Shown: in pieces, positions 25,870-34,622 of the stretch
Numbering within the stretch: the first letter of the stretch is position 1
Layout of the letters: every line of letters begins with the position of its first letter
NCBI GenBank assembly: GCA_017396945.1
Contig: JAFQKI010000017.1
Location: 27,967-91,966 of the forward strand
DNA length: 64,000 bases
Direction of reading: 5' to 3'
Source of the DNA: Muribaculaceae bacterium
GTDB lineage: Bacteria; Bacteroidota; Bacteroidia; Bacteroidales; Muribaculaceae
Program-made: the position numbers and the translations under genes
The notes under the pieces: model-generated
Database searches by the model: none
Seen by the model: only the letters and a program-made list of their open reading frames with translations
Told to the model about the DNA's origin: nothing

Positions 25870-27270
25870 TTATTCAAATGAACCCATTTTTAAGTAATTT
25901 ACCTCATCTTGTGTGAGGTAACGCCAACGACCGCGTGGAAGATTTTTCTTGGTCAATCCGGCGAAATATACACGATCGAGTTTTGTCACATGGTAACCGA
26001 GAGACTCAAATATGCGACGCACGATGCGATTGCGACCTGAGTGAATTTCAATACCTGCTTGATTGCGGTCGGTCTCTGTCGCATAACTGATTGCGTCGGC
26101 ATGAATCGGGCCATCCTCAAGTTCTATGCCATCGGCAATGCGTTGCATATCATCTTCAGAGATGTCTTTGTCACACCACACATGATAGATTTTCTTTTTT
26201 ACATATTTTGGGTGAGTAAGTTTTGAGGCAAGATCGCCATCATTGGTGAGCAACAACACACCGGTTGTGTTGCGGTCAAGACGACCAACCGGATAGATGC
26301 GCTCAGTGCAAGCCCCTTTTACAAGATCCAACACTGTTGTGCGACCATTGGGGTCATCGCTTGTTGTAACGCAATCTTTAGGTTTGTTGAGAAGAATATA
26401 GCACTTGCTTTCGAGTGCAACTACTTTTTCATCATACTCAACTGTGTCGTTGTGTGAGATTTTTGTTCCAAGTTCAGTCACGACAACGCCGTTAACCTTC
26501 ACCAATCCTTGAGAGATAAACTCATCGGCCTCACGGCGTGAACAGATACCGGCGTTTGCCATAAACTTGTTTAGGCGTATTTGTTCGTTTGGATCGGGTA
26601 TCGGCATTTCATACTCGATGCGTTTGGGACGTGGCACAAAGCTCTTGCCGGGACGTGGCATTCCATATTTGCCTCCTGCCTGATTGCGACTTTGTTGTTG
26701 ACGGCGATTATTGTTATTGTAGCCTTGTTGACGATTATTGCCATAAGCGCCTTGACGGTTGCCACCATTGTTATAACCACCGCCTTGACGATTATTCCCT
26801 TGACCACCTTGACGGTTGTTATAGCCTCCCTGGCGGTTATTATTGTAACGATTGTTATTGTAGCCACCTTGACGGCCATATCCGCCATGGCGATTATTGT
26901 AGCTATTATATTGCTCTTGGTTCTCGCCTTCAAAACCCTCGCCAGCTTGATTATTATAATCATAGTTGCGAGACGGACGATAATCATTGCGATTATTGTA
27001 ACGATTATTATAACCGCCTTGACGATTATATCCGCCATTATTGTTATAGCGGTTGTTATAACCATTGTTGTTTTGACGATAGTTGTTATACTGACGTGGT
27101 TGATATCCGCGTTCAGTCACATTACCTCCCTCACTTTGTCCTTCTTCTGACGAGTGCGCGCCACCGGTGTAATTCACTCTCTCATAGCGAGAATTTTCCT
27201 GACCTTCAGAAGCCATAATACGATTTTCTCCGATACGCGGACGTTTTGGTTTCTTTTCGATACTGTCCAT
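25870..27270 (-). CDS. rluB: RluB/RsuA-family pseudouridine synthase with a ~215 aa N-terminal low-complexity extension
   Basis: 466 aa. The C-terminal 250 aa hold an S4 domain (IRLNKFMANAGICSRREADEFI) and the catalytic motif PVGRLDRNTTGVLLLTNDGDL. The N-terminal part is N/G/Y/R/Q-rich repeats. Confidence 0.8.
   Translation of the reverse strand: MDSIEKKPKRPRIGENRIMASEGQENSRYERVNYTGGAHSSEEGQSEGGNVTERGYQPRQYNNYRQNNNGYNNRYNNNGGYNRQGGYNNRYNNRNDYRPSRNYDYNNQAGEGFEGENQEQYNSYNNRHGGYGRQGGYNNNRYNNNRQGGYNNRQGGQGNNRQGGGYNNGGNRQGAYGNNRQQGYNNNNRRQQQSRNQAGGKYGMPRPGKSFVPRPKRIEYEMPIPDPNEQIRLNKFMANAGICSRREADEFISQGLVKVNGVVVTELGTKISHNDTVEYDEKVVALESKCYILLNKPKDCVTTSDDPNGRTTVLDLVKGACTERIYPVGRLDRNTTGVLLLTNDGDLASKLTHPKYVKKKIYHVWCDKDISEDDMQRIADGIELEDGPIHADAISYATETDRNQAGIEIHSGRNRIVRRIFESLGYHVTKLDRVYFAGLTKKNLPRGRWRYLTQDEVNYLKMGSFE
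26671..27108 (-). repeat. coding low-complexity repeat (GGYNNR / NNRQGG units) in the rluB 5' region
   Basis: The translation is ...NNGYNNRYNNNGGYNRQGGYNNRYNNRNDY...RHGGYGRQGGYNNNRYNNNRQGGYNNRQGGQGNNRQGGGYNNGGNRQGAYGNNRQQGYNNNNRRQQQ. The DNA is open in several frames on both strands. Confidence 0.8.
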
Positions 27271-27504
27271 TTTAATTCAATTAAATTTTAATTTAGTTGC
27301 CTCACGGCCAACATAAAACTATTTTTCAATAAAAATAAGGTATTATTTATCTGTTTTTTCTTTTTTGAGTTTTATCGTGCCTTATCCCTGACAATCCAAA
27401 CACCTATTAAGGCATTTTACTTAAAACACAGTACAAAAATAGTCGTTTTCTTCTAATACAACAATTTTTTTATTAAAAAAATCATAGGTTATACATTAAT
27501 TTAT

Positions 27505-27512
27505 TACCTTTG
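27505..27512 (+). promoter_or_regulatory. candidate -7 promoter box (TAnnTTTG)
   Basis: tacctttg lies 47 nt upstream of the ATG at 27559. Confidence 0.35.
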
Positions 27513-27558
27513 CACCTCAAATCTTATCTAACTAAACATCAGTTATACCTAAACTTAT

Positions 27559-30312
27559 ATGAAATTAAAACTATCAACAACATTCTTTTTAAGCGTTATC
27601 GCCGCTATTTTCTCAATCTCACCGATTTCAGCAGCTGACGCGCCGGTGAAACGTGAGATGCGTAGTGCTTGGGTCGCGACAGTTTGGCGATTGGACTGGC
27701 CTTCTACCTTAATAAGTTCTACCGGCAACGCCACTCAGATTGCAAAACAACAAGCCGATCTCACCACAATGCTTGATTCTTTGGAAATTAATAATATGAA
27801 CGCCGTTAATTTCCAAGTGCGTAGTCGTTGTGACGCCATGTACAAATCAAGCTACGAGCCATGGTCTAGCGACTTGGTATCGGAACGCGGCATGGATCCC
27901 GGATGGGACCCTTTGGAATGGATAGTTGACGAATGCCATAACCGTGGAATGGAATGCCACGCATGGATTAACCCATATCGTTATGAATCACAAGTAAACC
28001 AATGGGATGGGACTCCCAAATGCTATCGAGAAGAGCACCCTGAATGGTTGCTCGATGTCAAAGGGGCAAGTATCCTCAATCCCGCACTCCCAGAAGTGAG
28101 ACAACGCATTGTTGACATCATTAAAGAGATTATCACCAACTATGACGTTGACGGCATCCTTTTTGATGACTATTTCTATCTTTCAGGCACTCCCAATGAC
28201 GCAACCGGCGATGGTCCGCAATATGAAGCCTATGTTGCCGCAGGAGGCACAATGTCGGTAGGCGACTGGCGTCGTGAAAATGTCAACATGATGGTTGCCG
28301 ACGTTTATGCAATGATCCAAGAGGTCAAACCTTGGGTGCGTTTCGGCATCTCTCCAGCAGGAGTGGCTTGCACCAACGCTCAAGTAGCACTCAAATATGG
28401 TGTAGACCCTTGTCCTTCAGGTAGCGATTGGCAATACAACGACATCTATTCCGACCCTTTAGCTTGGATTTCAAGCCAAAATCTTGATTATATCTCTCCA
28501 CAAGTATATTGGACAATCGGCTATTCTTCTGCCGACTATTCTCTAATCACACCTTGGTGGGCTGAAATTGCCGCTAAGTGGAACCGCCACTTCTACACCA
28601 GCCACTCTATCTCTTCGTTGACCGCACAAAGCAAGGCATCAACCATGAGTCTTAGGGAAGCGACCATTGCCGAAGCGATGACACCCAAAGCAAGTGGGCC
28701 AAACAACTCTTCATTTGAAGAATTTGCCAACGAGATACGTCTCAATCGTGAGTGTACCCAAAACGATGCACCCGGTTCCATATTCTATTCTTGTAAATTC
28801 CTTTACAAAACTGCACCCAAGTTTGCTCACTACCTCAAAACCACAGTATTCAACACGCCGGCGCTCATCCCAACAATGACCCACAAGCCCGGTTACAACC
28901 CCGGCAACATCACAAATCTATCTCGCAGTGGCGCAACATTGTCTTGGAATGGGTTTGATAACGTACGCTACACGGTTTATGCTGTTCCTACATCTTTGCC
29001 GATAATTAATTTCAACAAAGATGTTGAATATCTTTTAGGCACTTCCTACGCAACTTCATTTACAATCCCCGACGACAAATTGAGTGGCTACACCTACGCG
29101 GTGTGTGTACTTGACCGATATGGCTATGAGTACTCGCCAACATTCATCGGAACACCCACTCAAATCCTTACCGCGCCCACTCTCACATATCCCGTAGCCG
29201 GAGAAGTAGTCGAAGCCCCTTTTGAGTTCAAGTGGAATGCCGTCGATGGTGCGTCGTCTTATATCCTTGAAATAGCATCTGACGCCAACTTCCAAAAATT
29301 GACTCACACTCGTTTGTGCAACACCACATCCTGCTCAACCAACGAATTGGAACACCTTACTTACGGAGAAAAGTTGTATTGGCGTGTACGCTCTTGCGCC
29401 AATGCATACAGCGATGGCGTCTCAACCGCTCGCGAGTTCACCCCTATGATGTTGCAAATCACATCGCCCAAATCAGGTTCGGTTGATATGCCTCTCAATC
29501 CCACAATCACATGGAGCATCGCCAACCGCGAAGCGACACTTGAAATCGCTACCGCCACCGACTTTAACGACTCAGAAATGGTCATCAGCACTAGGGTAAA
29601 TGGAGGCACATATACAATACCAGAAAATACTCTAGGTGGATATACAACCTACTTCGCACGTCTCAAATACACCAAAAACGGAGAGGAGTTATACACTGAT
29701 GCCGTATCGTTCCGCACCATTGAGATAATCCCTTCAGCTCCGGTAATTCGCCATCCCTATAATGGCAAATTCGGTTCTGAAGACTACATCAGCGCATGGG
29801 TCTCTAATGGAACTCGAAACCTCCGCTTTGAGGTGAGCAACTCAACCACTTTCGGTCGCACAAGATATGTTGAAGATGCCGTTGACGGAGTTTGGCACAC
29901 AAGCAAAAAAGCCGGAGAAATAACTATCTCAAACAAAAACCTCGTCGCCGGAACCACATACTATATTAGAGTGCGTGCCAACTATAACTCATCTGAAGGC
30001 GAAGCATCCACAGCGTGGTCGGAAGTTGTTGCCGCCGAATACATCGGCGAAGGCTCAGGCATCGACGCAATACAATCAAATTCAACCGGAGCATACATTA
30101 TCCCAGGAGAAGAACCAATGCTCAATATCGGCAAATGCACCGGACAAGTGTCCGTTTCAGCCGTTTCTACAACCGGAATTGATCTCGGTACACTCTACAA
30201 CGGCAGTGCCGACAGCGCAACCCTCATCTCCCTTAAGTCTCTCGGCAAAGGCATTTTCATTATCATTGTCGATAGCGAAAGCGGGCGCGATACAATCAAA
30301 GCATCTTTATAA
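27559..30312 (+). CDS. glycoside hydrolase-like family 10 (GHL10/DUF187, YngK-like) protein with Ig/Fn3-like repeats and probable T9SS C-terminal domain
   Basis: 917 aa with a signal peptide. The N-terminal REMRSAWVATVWRLDWPS ... ECHAWINPYR ... DGILFDDYFY pattern matches GHL10. Repeated ~90 aa beta-rich modules follow (e.g. FEFKWNAVDGASSYILEIASD). The C-terminus ends ...KGIFIIIVDSESGRDTIKASL. Confidence 0.65.
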   Translation: MKLKLSTTFFLSVIAAIFSISPISAADAPVKREMRSAWVATVWRLDWPSTLISSTGNATQIAKQQADLTTMLDSLEINNMNAVNFQVRSRCDAMYKSSYEPWSSDLVSERGMDPGWDPLEWIVDECHNRGMECHAWINPYRYESQVNQWDGTPKCYREEHPEWLLDVKGASILNPALPEVRQRIVDIIKEIITNYDVDGILFDDYFYLSGTPNDATGDGPQYEAYVAAGGTMSVGDWRRENVNMMVADVYAMIQEVKPWVRFGISPAGVACTNAQVALKYGVDPCPSGSDWQYNDIYSDPLAWISSQNLDYISPQVYWTIGYSSADYSLITPWWAEIAAKWNRHFYTSHSISSLTAQSKASTMSLREATIAEAMTPKASGPNNSSFEEFANEIRLNRECTQNDAPGSIFYSCKFLYKTAPKFAHYLKTTVFNTPALIPTMTHKPGYNPGNITNLSRSGATLSWNGFDNVRYTVYAVPTSLPIINFNKDVEYLLGTSYATSFTIPDDKLSGYTYAVCVLDRYGYEYSPTFIGTPTQILTAPTLTYPVAGEVVEAPFEFKWNAVDGASSYILEIASDANFQKLTHTRLCNTTSCSTNELEHLTYGEKLYWRVRSCANAYSDGVSTAREFTPMMLQITSPKSGSVDMPLNPTITWSIANREATLEIATATDFNDSEMVISTRVNGGTYTIPENTLGGYTTYFARLKYTKNGEELYTDAVSFRTIEIIPSAPVIRHPYNGKFGSEDYISAWVSNGTRNLRFEVSNSTTFGRTRYVEDAVDGVWHTSKKAGEITISNKNLVAGTTYYIRVRANYNSSEGEASTAWSEVVAAEYIGEGSGIDAIQSNSTGAYIIPGEEPMLNIGKCTGQVSVSAVSTTGIDLGTLYNGSADSATLISLKSLGKGIFIIIVDSESGRDTIKASL

Positions 30313-30342
30313 TCCCCAAATAATAAGTAAACAGATTGTTAG

Positions 30343-30374
30343 GCGGACGGACCGTAAGGTTAGTCCGCTTTTTA
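30343..30374 (+). terminator. rho-independent terminator
   Basis: gcggac (30343-30348) pairs with gtccgc (30363-30368), followed by tttttattt. Confidence 0.7.
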
Positions 30375-30492
30375 TTTGGAATAAATTTTAATAATGACTA
30401 TCATTCTTAATAAAGAAAGTCGTTGTAGGGATTAATAAGTTTTAAGGGTATTTTTACTTTAACTGATTTTGCATAAAAATAGAAAAAATACG

Positions 30493-30500
30493 TACCTTTG
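30493..30500 (+). promoter_or_regulatory. candidate -7 promoter box (TAnnTTTG) only 5 nt upstream of the ATG (possible leaderless mRNA)
   Basis: The sequence is tacctttg caatt ATG(30506). Confidence 0.35.
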
Positions 30501-30505
30501 CAATT

Positions 30506-31630
30506 ATGGAAATGAGGGTCATATTTTTCTTTGTGGCAACATGGTGTTTTTCGTTCATCTCTTGCAATCGTGGAGGAGCCGAGGATTATACGCCTTATGG
30601 TGGTGACACATTGACGTGCCATGCCCAACTGCTTACTATTGTAGAGCATCCAAAATTTACCATTGTGGATATTGCTGATCCATGGCATGAGGCAAAACGT
30701 CTGCAACGTTACATTCTTGTCAATCGCAATAATCCAATGCCTGAAAAATATCCCAAAGGAGTAGTTGTCAAAGTTCCTTTGCAATCATCGGTGATATACT
30801 CATCGGTTCATGCCGATGTGGCAGTGGAAATTGGCGCAGCGCAAGCTATCACAGGCATCGCCGACGCTCAGTATCATAAGACGCCTGAGATTGTCTCGGC
30901 TATGGACAATGGAAAAATCATCGATGTGGGGGCATCAATGTCGCCATCGGTTGAACGTATAGTGGAGATGTCTCCCGAAGCAATTTTTGCATCGCCATAT
31001 CAAAATGCCGGCTATGGCGTTATCGAGAAGTTAGGGATACCAATTATTGAATGTGCCGACTACATGGAAGCAAATCCTCTTGGACGAGCCGAGTGGATAA
31101 AACTCTTTGGAGTGTTATATGGCAAACAAAAAGTTGCCAATGAGATATTTGACAACGTATGTGACAACTATAACACATTAGTAGGACTGACCGTCAACAT
31201 CAAAGACCGACCAATGGTGATCAGCGAGATGATGACAAACGGAGTGTGGTTTGTGCCCGGAGGTCGCAGCTACATGGCTCAGCTATTTCAAGATGCCGGC
31301 GCCGACTATCCTTGGAGAGACGACACTTCAAACGGCTCGCTACAACTCACATTTGAAGCGGTTTATGATAAAGCCCACGACGCCGACTACTGGCTAATTA
31401 AAACATTTGGCAATGATTTGACTCTCGACCGGTTGAAAGCCGACTACTCCTTACATGCCGAGATGAAGGCGTTTAATCGTGGCGGAGTGCATAGTTGCAA
31501 CACCGCTACAACAACATTGTTTGAAGATTTTCCGTTTCATCCCGATTTGTTGTTGCAAGAGTATATCAACATATTTCATCCCAATTTACTCCCCGACGGC
31601 AAATTGAGATATTTCAAAAACATCAGATAA
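30506..31630 (+). CDS. ABC transporter substrate-binding lipoprotein (BtuF/FhuD-like, cobalamin/siderophore/heme class)
   Basis: 374 aa with lipobox FSFISC. It has a class III periplasmic-binding-protein look and is followed directly by a FecCD permease and an ATPase. Confidence 0.7.
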   Translation: MEMRVIFFFVATWCFSFISCNRGGAEDYTPYGGDTLTCHAQLLTIVEHPKFTIVDIADPWHEAKRLQRYILVNRNNPMPEKYPKGVVVKVPLQSSVIYSSVHADVAVEIGAAQAITGIADAQYHKTPEIVSAMDNGKIIDVGASMSPSVERIVEMSPEAIFASPYQNAGYGVIEKLGIPIIECADYMEANPLGRAEWIKLFGVLYGKQKVANEIFDNVCDNYNTLVGLTVNIKDRPMVISEMMTNGVWFVPGGRSYMAQLFQDAGADYPWRDDTSNGSLQLTFEAVYDKAHDADYWLIKTFGNDLTLDRLKADYSLHAEMKAFNRGGVHSCNTATTTLFEDFPFHPDLLLQEYINIFHPNLLPDGKLRYFKNIR

Positions 31631-31636
31631 CACAAA

Positions 31637-32683
31637 ATGGTCAACACGTCAGCTTACATATCCTCACGACGTAGCTGTATCACAATCATGATACTTGTGT
31701 TGCTTATAATAGCGCTATTCCCGCTATGCCTTACTACGGGAGCTGTTGAGATTCCGTTAAGCGAAGTCGCCAATGCGCTCCTCGGACAGCCGGTGGAGAA
31801 ACACACTTGGGAGGTGATTATCTTGGAAACTCGACTGCCTATGGCTTGCACCGCTGCGCTCGCCGGCGCGGCACTTGCTGTCGCCGGGTTGTTATTGCAA
31901 ACCACATTTGATAACCCATTGGCAGGTCCATCGATATTAGGGATTTCATCAGGATCGAGTCTTGGCGTAGCTATCGTTATGCTTAGTCTTGGCGGTGTCA
32001 TTGGAGGGTCAATAGGTGGATACATGAGCGTGTTGCTTGGAGCTATTATTGGAGCCGGAGTTGTGATGCTCATCTTGCTTGCGTTTTCATCGATAGTGAA
32101 AAGTACGGCAATGTTACTCATCATAGGTGTAATGGTAAGTTATCTTGCCTCATCGGCAATATCATTGCTAAACTTCTTCTCAACACAAGAAGGGGTTCAC
32201 TCTTATGTGATATGGGGATTAGGCAATTTCTCAGGTATTACGCTTGATCGTCTTCCAACTTTTGCGTTGCTCATCATTGTAGCTTTATTATTATCATTTA
32301 TGATGGCAAAACCGCTTAATGCATTATTGTTAGGAAGCCGATATGCCGAAAATCTCGGCGTTAATTTAAAAGCTACACGCAATCAGTTGCTTATATTATC
32401 GGGAGTGCTCACAGCTATTGTTACCGCCTATTGTGGCCCTATTGGCTTCATCGGACTTATTGTGCCTCATATTGCACGTTTAGCATTACGTTCATCAAAC
32501 CACACAACATTGCTCCCGACAACAGCACTTGCCGGAGCCACAATAGCATTACTATGTAACTACATAAGTGTTTACCCCTCTGCTACCGGGATTATACCTA
32601 TCAACGCTATAACTCCGATAATAGGAGTTCCCATCATTATATATATAATAATAAACCGCAAAAAAATTTTGTATCTGAACTAA
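31637..32683 (+). CDS. FecCD-family ABC transporter permease (iron-complex/cobalamin type)
   Basis: 348 aa with ~10 TM helices. Typical FecCD features are present: RLPMACTAALAGAALAVAGLLLQ and a C-terminal GIIPINAITPIIGVPIIIYII. Confidence 0.85.
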   Translation: MVNTSAYISSRRSCITIMILVLLIIALFPLCLTTGAVEIPLSEVANALLGQPVEKHTWEVIILETRLPMACTAALAGAALAVAGLLLQTTFDNPLAGPSILGISSGSSLGVAIVMLSLGGVIGGSIGGYMSVLLGAIIGAGVVMLILLAFSSIVKSTAMLLIIGVMVSYLASSAISLLNFFSTQEGVHSYVIWGLGNFSGITLDRLPTFALLIIVALLLSFMMAKPLNALLLGSRYAENLGVNLKATRNQLLILSGVLTAIVTAYCGPIGFIGLIVPHIARLALRSSNHTTLLPTTALAGATIALLCNYISVYPSATGIIPINAITPIIGVPIIIYIIINRKKILYLN

Positions 32684-33684
32684 TGAAAACCACGATATTA
32701 TCAACACAAGATCTAACCGCAGGCTACTATGTGGGCAAAAAGAAATCGCCTATTCTTGAACGGCTTAACTTAACGTTAAATGCCGGCGAACTTGTATGCC
32801 TACTTGGAGCAAATGGTATCGGGAAATCCACATTATTGCGAACTTTATCGGGAGTACAAACTCCTTTAGAGGGAAAAATCAGTATTGCGGGAAAAGATAT
32901 GTCGCAATGCTCGGCTCGCCAGTTGTCGCGACTCATAAGCATTGTATATACCGATCGCACCCTTGCCGGAGCATTGACTGTGCAAGAAGTTGTGTCTCTT
33001 GGTCGTCATCCATATACCGGTTTTTTCGGACGTCTTGACATAGATGATAAAACCATCGTATGGCAAGCTATGGAAGCGGTGGGAATAACCCATTTGGCAC
33101 AAAAGCATATTGCTACCCTCTCAGATGGCGAGCGACAAAAAACGATGATTGCCCGCGCTCTCGCGCAACAAACACCAATAATAATTCTTGATGAGCCGAC
33201 CGCATTTCTCGACGTGGCAAGTCGTATTGAAACAATGCAACTGCTACACTCTCTTGCTCATAATCAAAACAAAGCAATTTTGTTGTCGTCACACGACATA
33301 AGTCAATCACTTGTTCTCGCTCATCGTCTATGGCTATTACGCAATGACCGCACAATGATTGACGGCATGACCGAAGAGTTGATTATGAAAGGTGAACTTG
33401 AACATTTATTCGCCAATCGCGAAGTTATATTTGACTACAACATAGGCGATTTTCTTGCTAAACCGACAATCATACACCAGGTATCTCTTCATTGTGAAAA
33501 TAATACACTTAAACATTGGCTCTCCAACGCACTGCTACGTAACAACATAGGCATAGCAGAGAATAAAGAAATAATTATATCAGCGACCGACATAAATACA
33601 ATAAAAATTTCTTATCAAAAAGGTAATTATATTGTCGGTGGCATAGAAGAACTGATTGCTCAACTTGAAGATATTATCGGATAG
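32683..33684 (+). CDS. ABC transporter ATP-binding protein (FecE/BtuD-like) with a ~75 aa C-terminal extension
   Basis: 333 aa. Walker A GANGIGKST, signature LSDGERQ, Walker B IIILDEPT. Its start overlaps the permease stop (ATGA-type coupling). Confidence 0.85.
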   Translation: MKTTILSTQDLTAGYYVGKKKSPILERLNLTLNAGELVCLLGANGIGKSTLLRTLSGVQTPLEGKISIAGKDMSQCSARQLSRLISIVYTDRTLAGALTVQEVVSLGRHPYTGFFGRLDIDDKTIVWQAMEAVGITHLAQKHIATLSDGERQKTMIARALAQQTPIIILDEPTAFLDVASRIETMQLLHSLAHNQNKAILLSSHDISQSLVLAHRLWLLRNDRTMIDGMTEELIMKGELEHLFANREVIFDYNIGDFLAKPTIIHQVSLHCENNTLKHWLSNALLRNNIGIAENKEIIISATDINTIKISYQKGNYIVGGIEELIAQLEDIIG

Positions 33685-33826
33685 GCAAAAATAAAGCAAG
33701 TGTGACTGATTAAACTCTAAAATTTTGTTAAACATTATCTAAACTATTGTTTTAATTAAAAAATAATTATTACTTTTGTGTGTGTGTTTTTCATAGTATT
33801 AGATTAAGATAAAGGTTTAAAGGAAA

Positions 33827-33853
33827 AGAGACGTCGTGAGACGTCTCTTTTTT
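33827..33853 (+). terminator. rho-independent terminator
   Basis: A 9 bp stem, agagacgtc (33827-33835) paired with gacgtctct (33840-33848), with a GTGA loop and then ttttt. It lies 143 nt after the ABC ATPase stop. Confidence 0.65.
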
Positions 33854-33924
33854 ATGCTATAATCAGATAGTTCCACTTTGCAATATATCTATCGGGATTT
33901 TTTATAACTTCTCAATAATTTTGC

Positions 33925-33932
33925 TAATTTTG
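33925..33932 (+). promoter_or_regulatory. candidate -7 promoter box (TAnnTTTG)
   Basis: taattttg lies 25 nt upstream of the ATG at 33957. Confidence 0.35.
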
Positions 33933-33956
33933 CAAAAACAAACCATTCACTAAACA

Positions 33957-34622
33957 ATGAACATTATAATCACCCCCGAAATAACATCTGTAGCGCCATC
34001 AATAAAGGTTATAAAAATTGAGGCCGATGTTACAAATGCCGAAACCTCTGACCATTTATGGGATGAATTGCTCAACGAAGGGAAAAGAATACGTTCATTG
34101 TATCAATTACCCGACATCAACAAACGTGCCGGAATTGCCGGGACTCGCGCCGCATATAAAGCTCTTGGAAAAGAGCCTAACAGATACCGTCCATCAAGCG
34201 AAGCCCTTTGCCGCCGTTTGGTGAAGGGGATGGAACTTTATCGCACTCTTAGCGTTATAGATGTCATTAACCTCATATCGGTGAGATCGGGATATTCAAT
34301 TGGAGGTTTTGATGCCGACAAAATCTCAGGAGAGACATTGCATCTCGGAGCCGGACGCGAAGGCGAAGAGTTCAATGCCATAGGTCGCGGATTGCTAAAC
34401 ATCGCACATCTACCGATATATAGAGATGATATCGGTGGCATAGGAACTCCTACCAGCGATGAGGAACGCACTAAATTATCTCCCTACACAACACATCTAC
34501 TAATGTGTGTCAACATTTATGCAGAGGAATTGCCGATACAAGAAACAATAGATTTATCAATTGATCTGCTCACCCGACATTGCAACTCAACCAATATCTC
34601 AATCAACATAATAGAGCCATGA
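33957..34622 (+). CDS. B3/B4 tRNA-binding domain-containing protein (PheT-related)
   Basis: 221 aa. The pattern AYKALGKEPNRYRPSSEALCRRLVKG...LSVIDVINLISVRSGYSIGGFD matches the stand-alone B3/4 domain family as I know it. Confidence 0.6.
   Translation: MNIIITPEITSVAPSIKVIKIEADVTNAETSDHLWDELLNEGKRIRSLYQLPDINKRAGIAGTRAAYKALGKEPNRYRPSSEALCRRLVKGMELYRTLSVIDVINLISVRSGYSIGGFDADKISGETLHLGAGREGEEFNAIGRGLLNIAHLPIYRDDIGGIGTPTSDEERTKLSPYTTHLLMCVNIYAEELPIQETIDLSIDLLTRHCNSTNISINIIEP

Noticed and set aside
26571-27218. Three long ORFs (164, 189 and 209 aa) in alternative and antisense frames over the rluB 5' region
   Set aside because: They translate to implausible I/T/V/A- or C/D/Y-rich strings. They exist only because the GGYNNR-type coding repeat lacks stop codons in several frames. 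The rluB frame continues into a recognisable catalytic domain.
30375-30505. A cobalamin (or other) riboswitch ahead of the BtuFCD-like operon
   Set aside because: The spacer is only ~130 nt and very AT-rich. I found no B12-box-like GCCACTG element or conserved stems. The -7 promoter box sits 5 nt from the ATG, leaving no leader.
30407-30784. A 125 aa minus-strand ORF overlapping the start of the ABC substrate-binding gene
   Set aside because: It spans an intergenic promoter region and the 5' end of a well-supported plus-strand gene. It has no recognisable domain, and its composition reflects AT-rich spacer.
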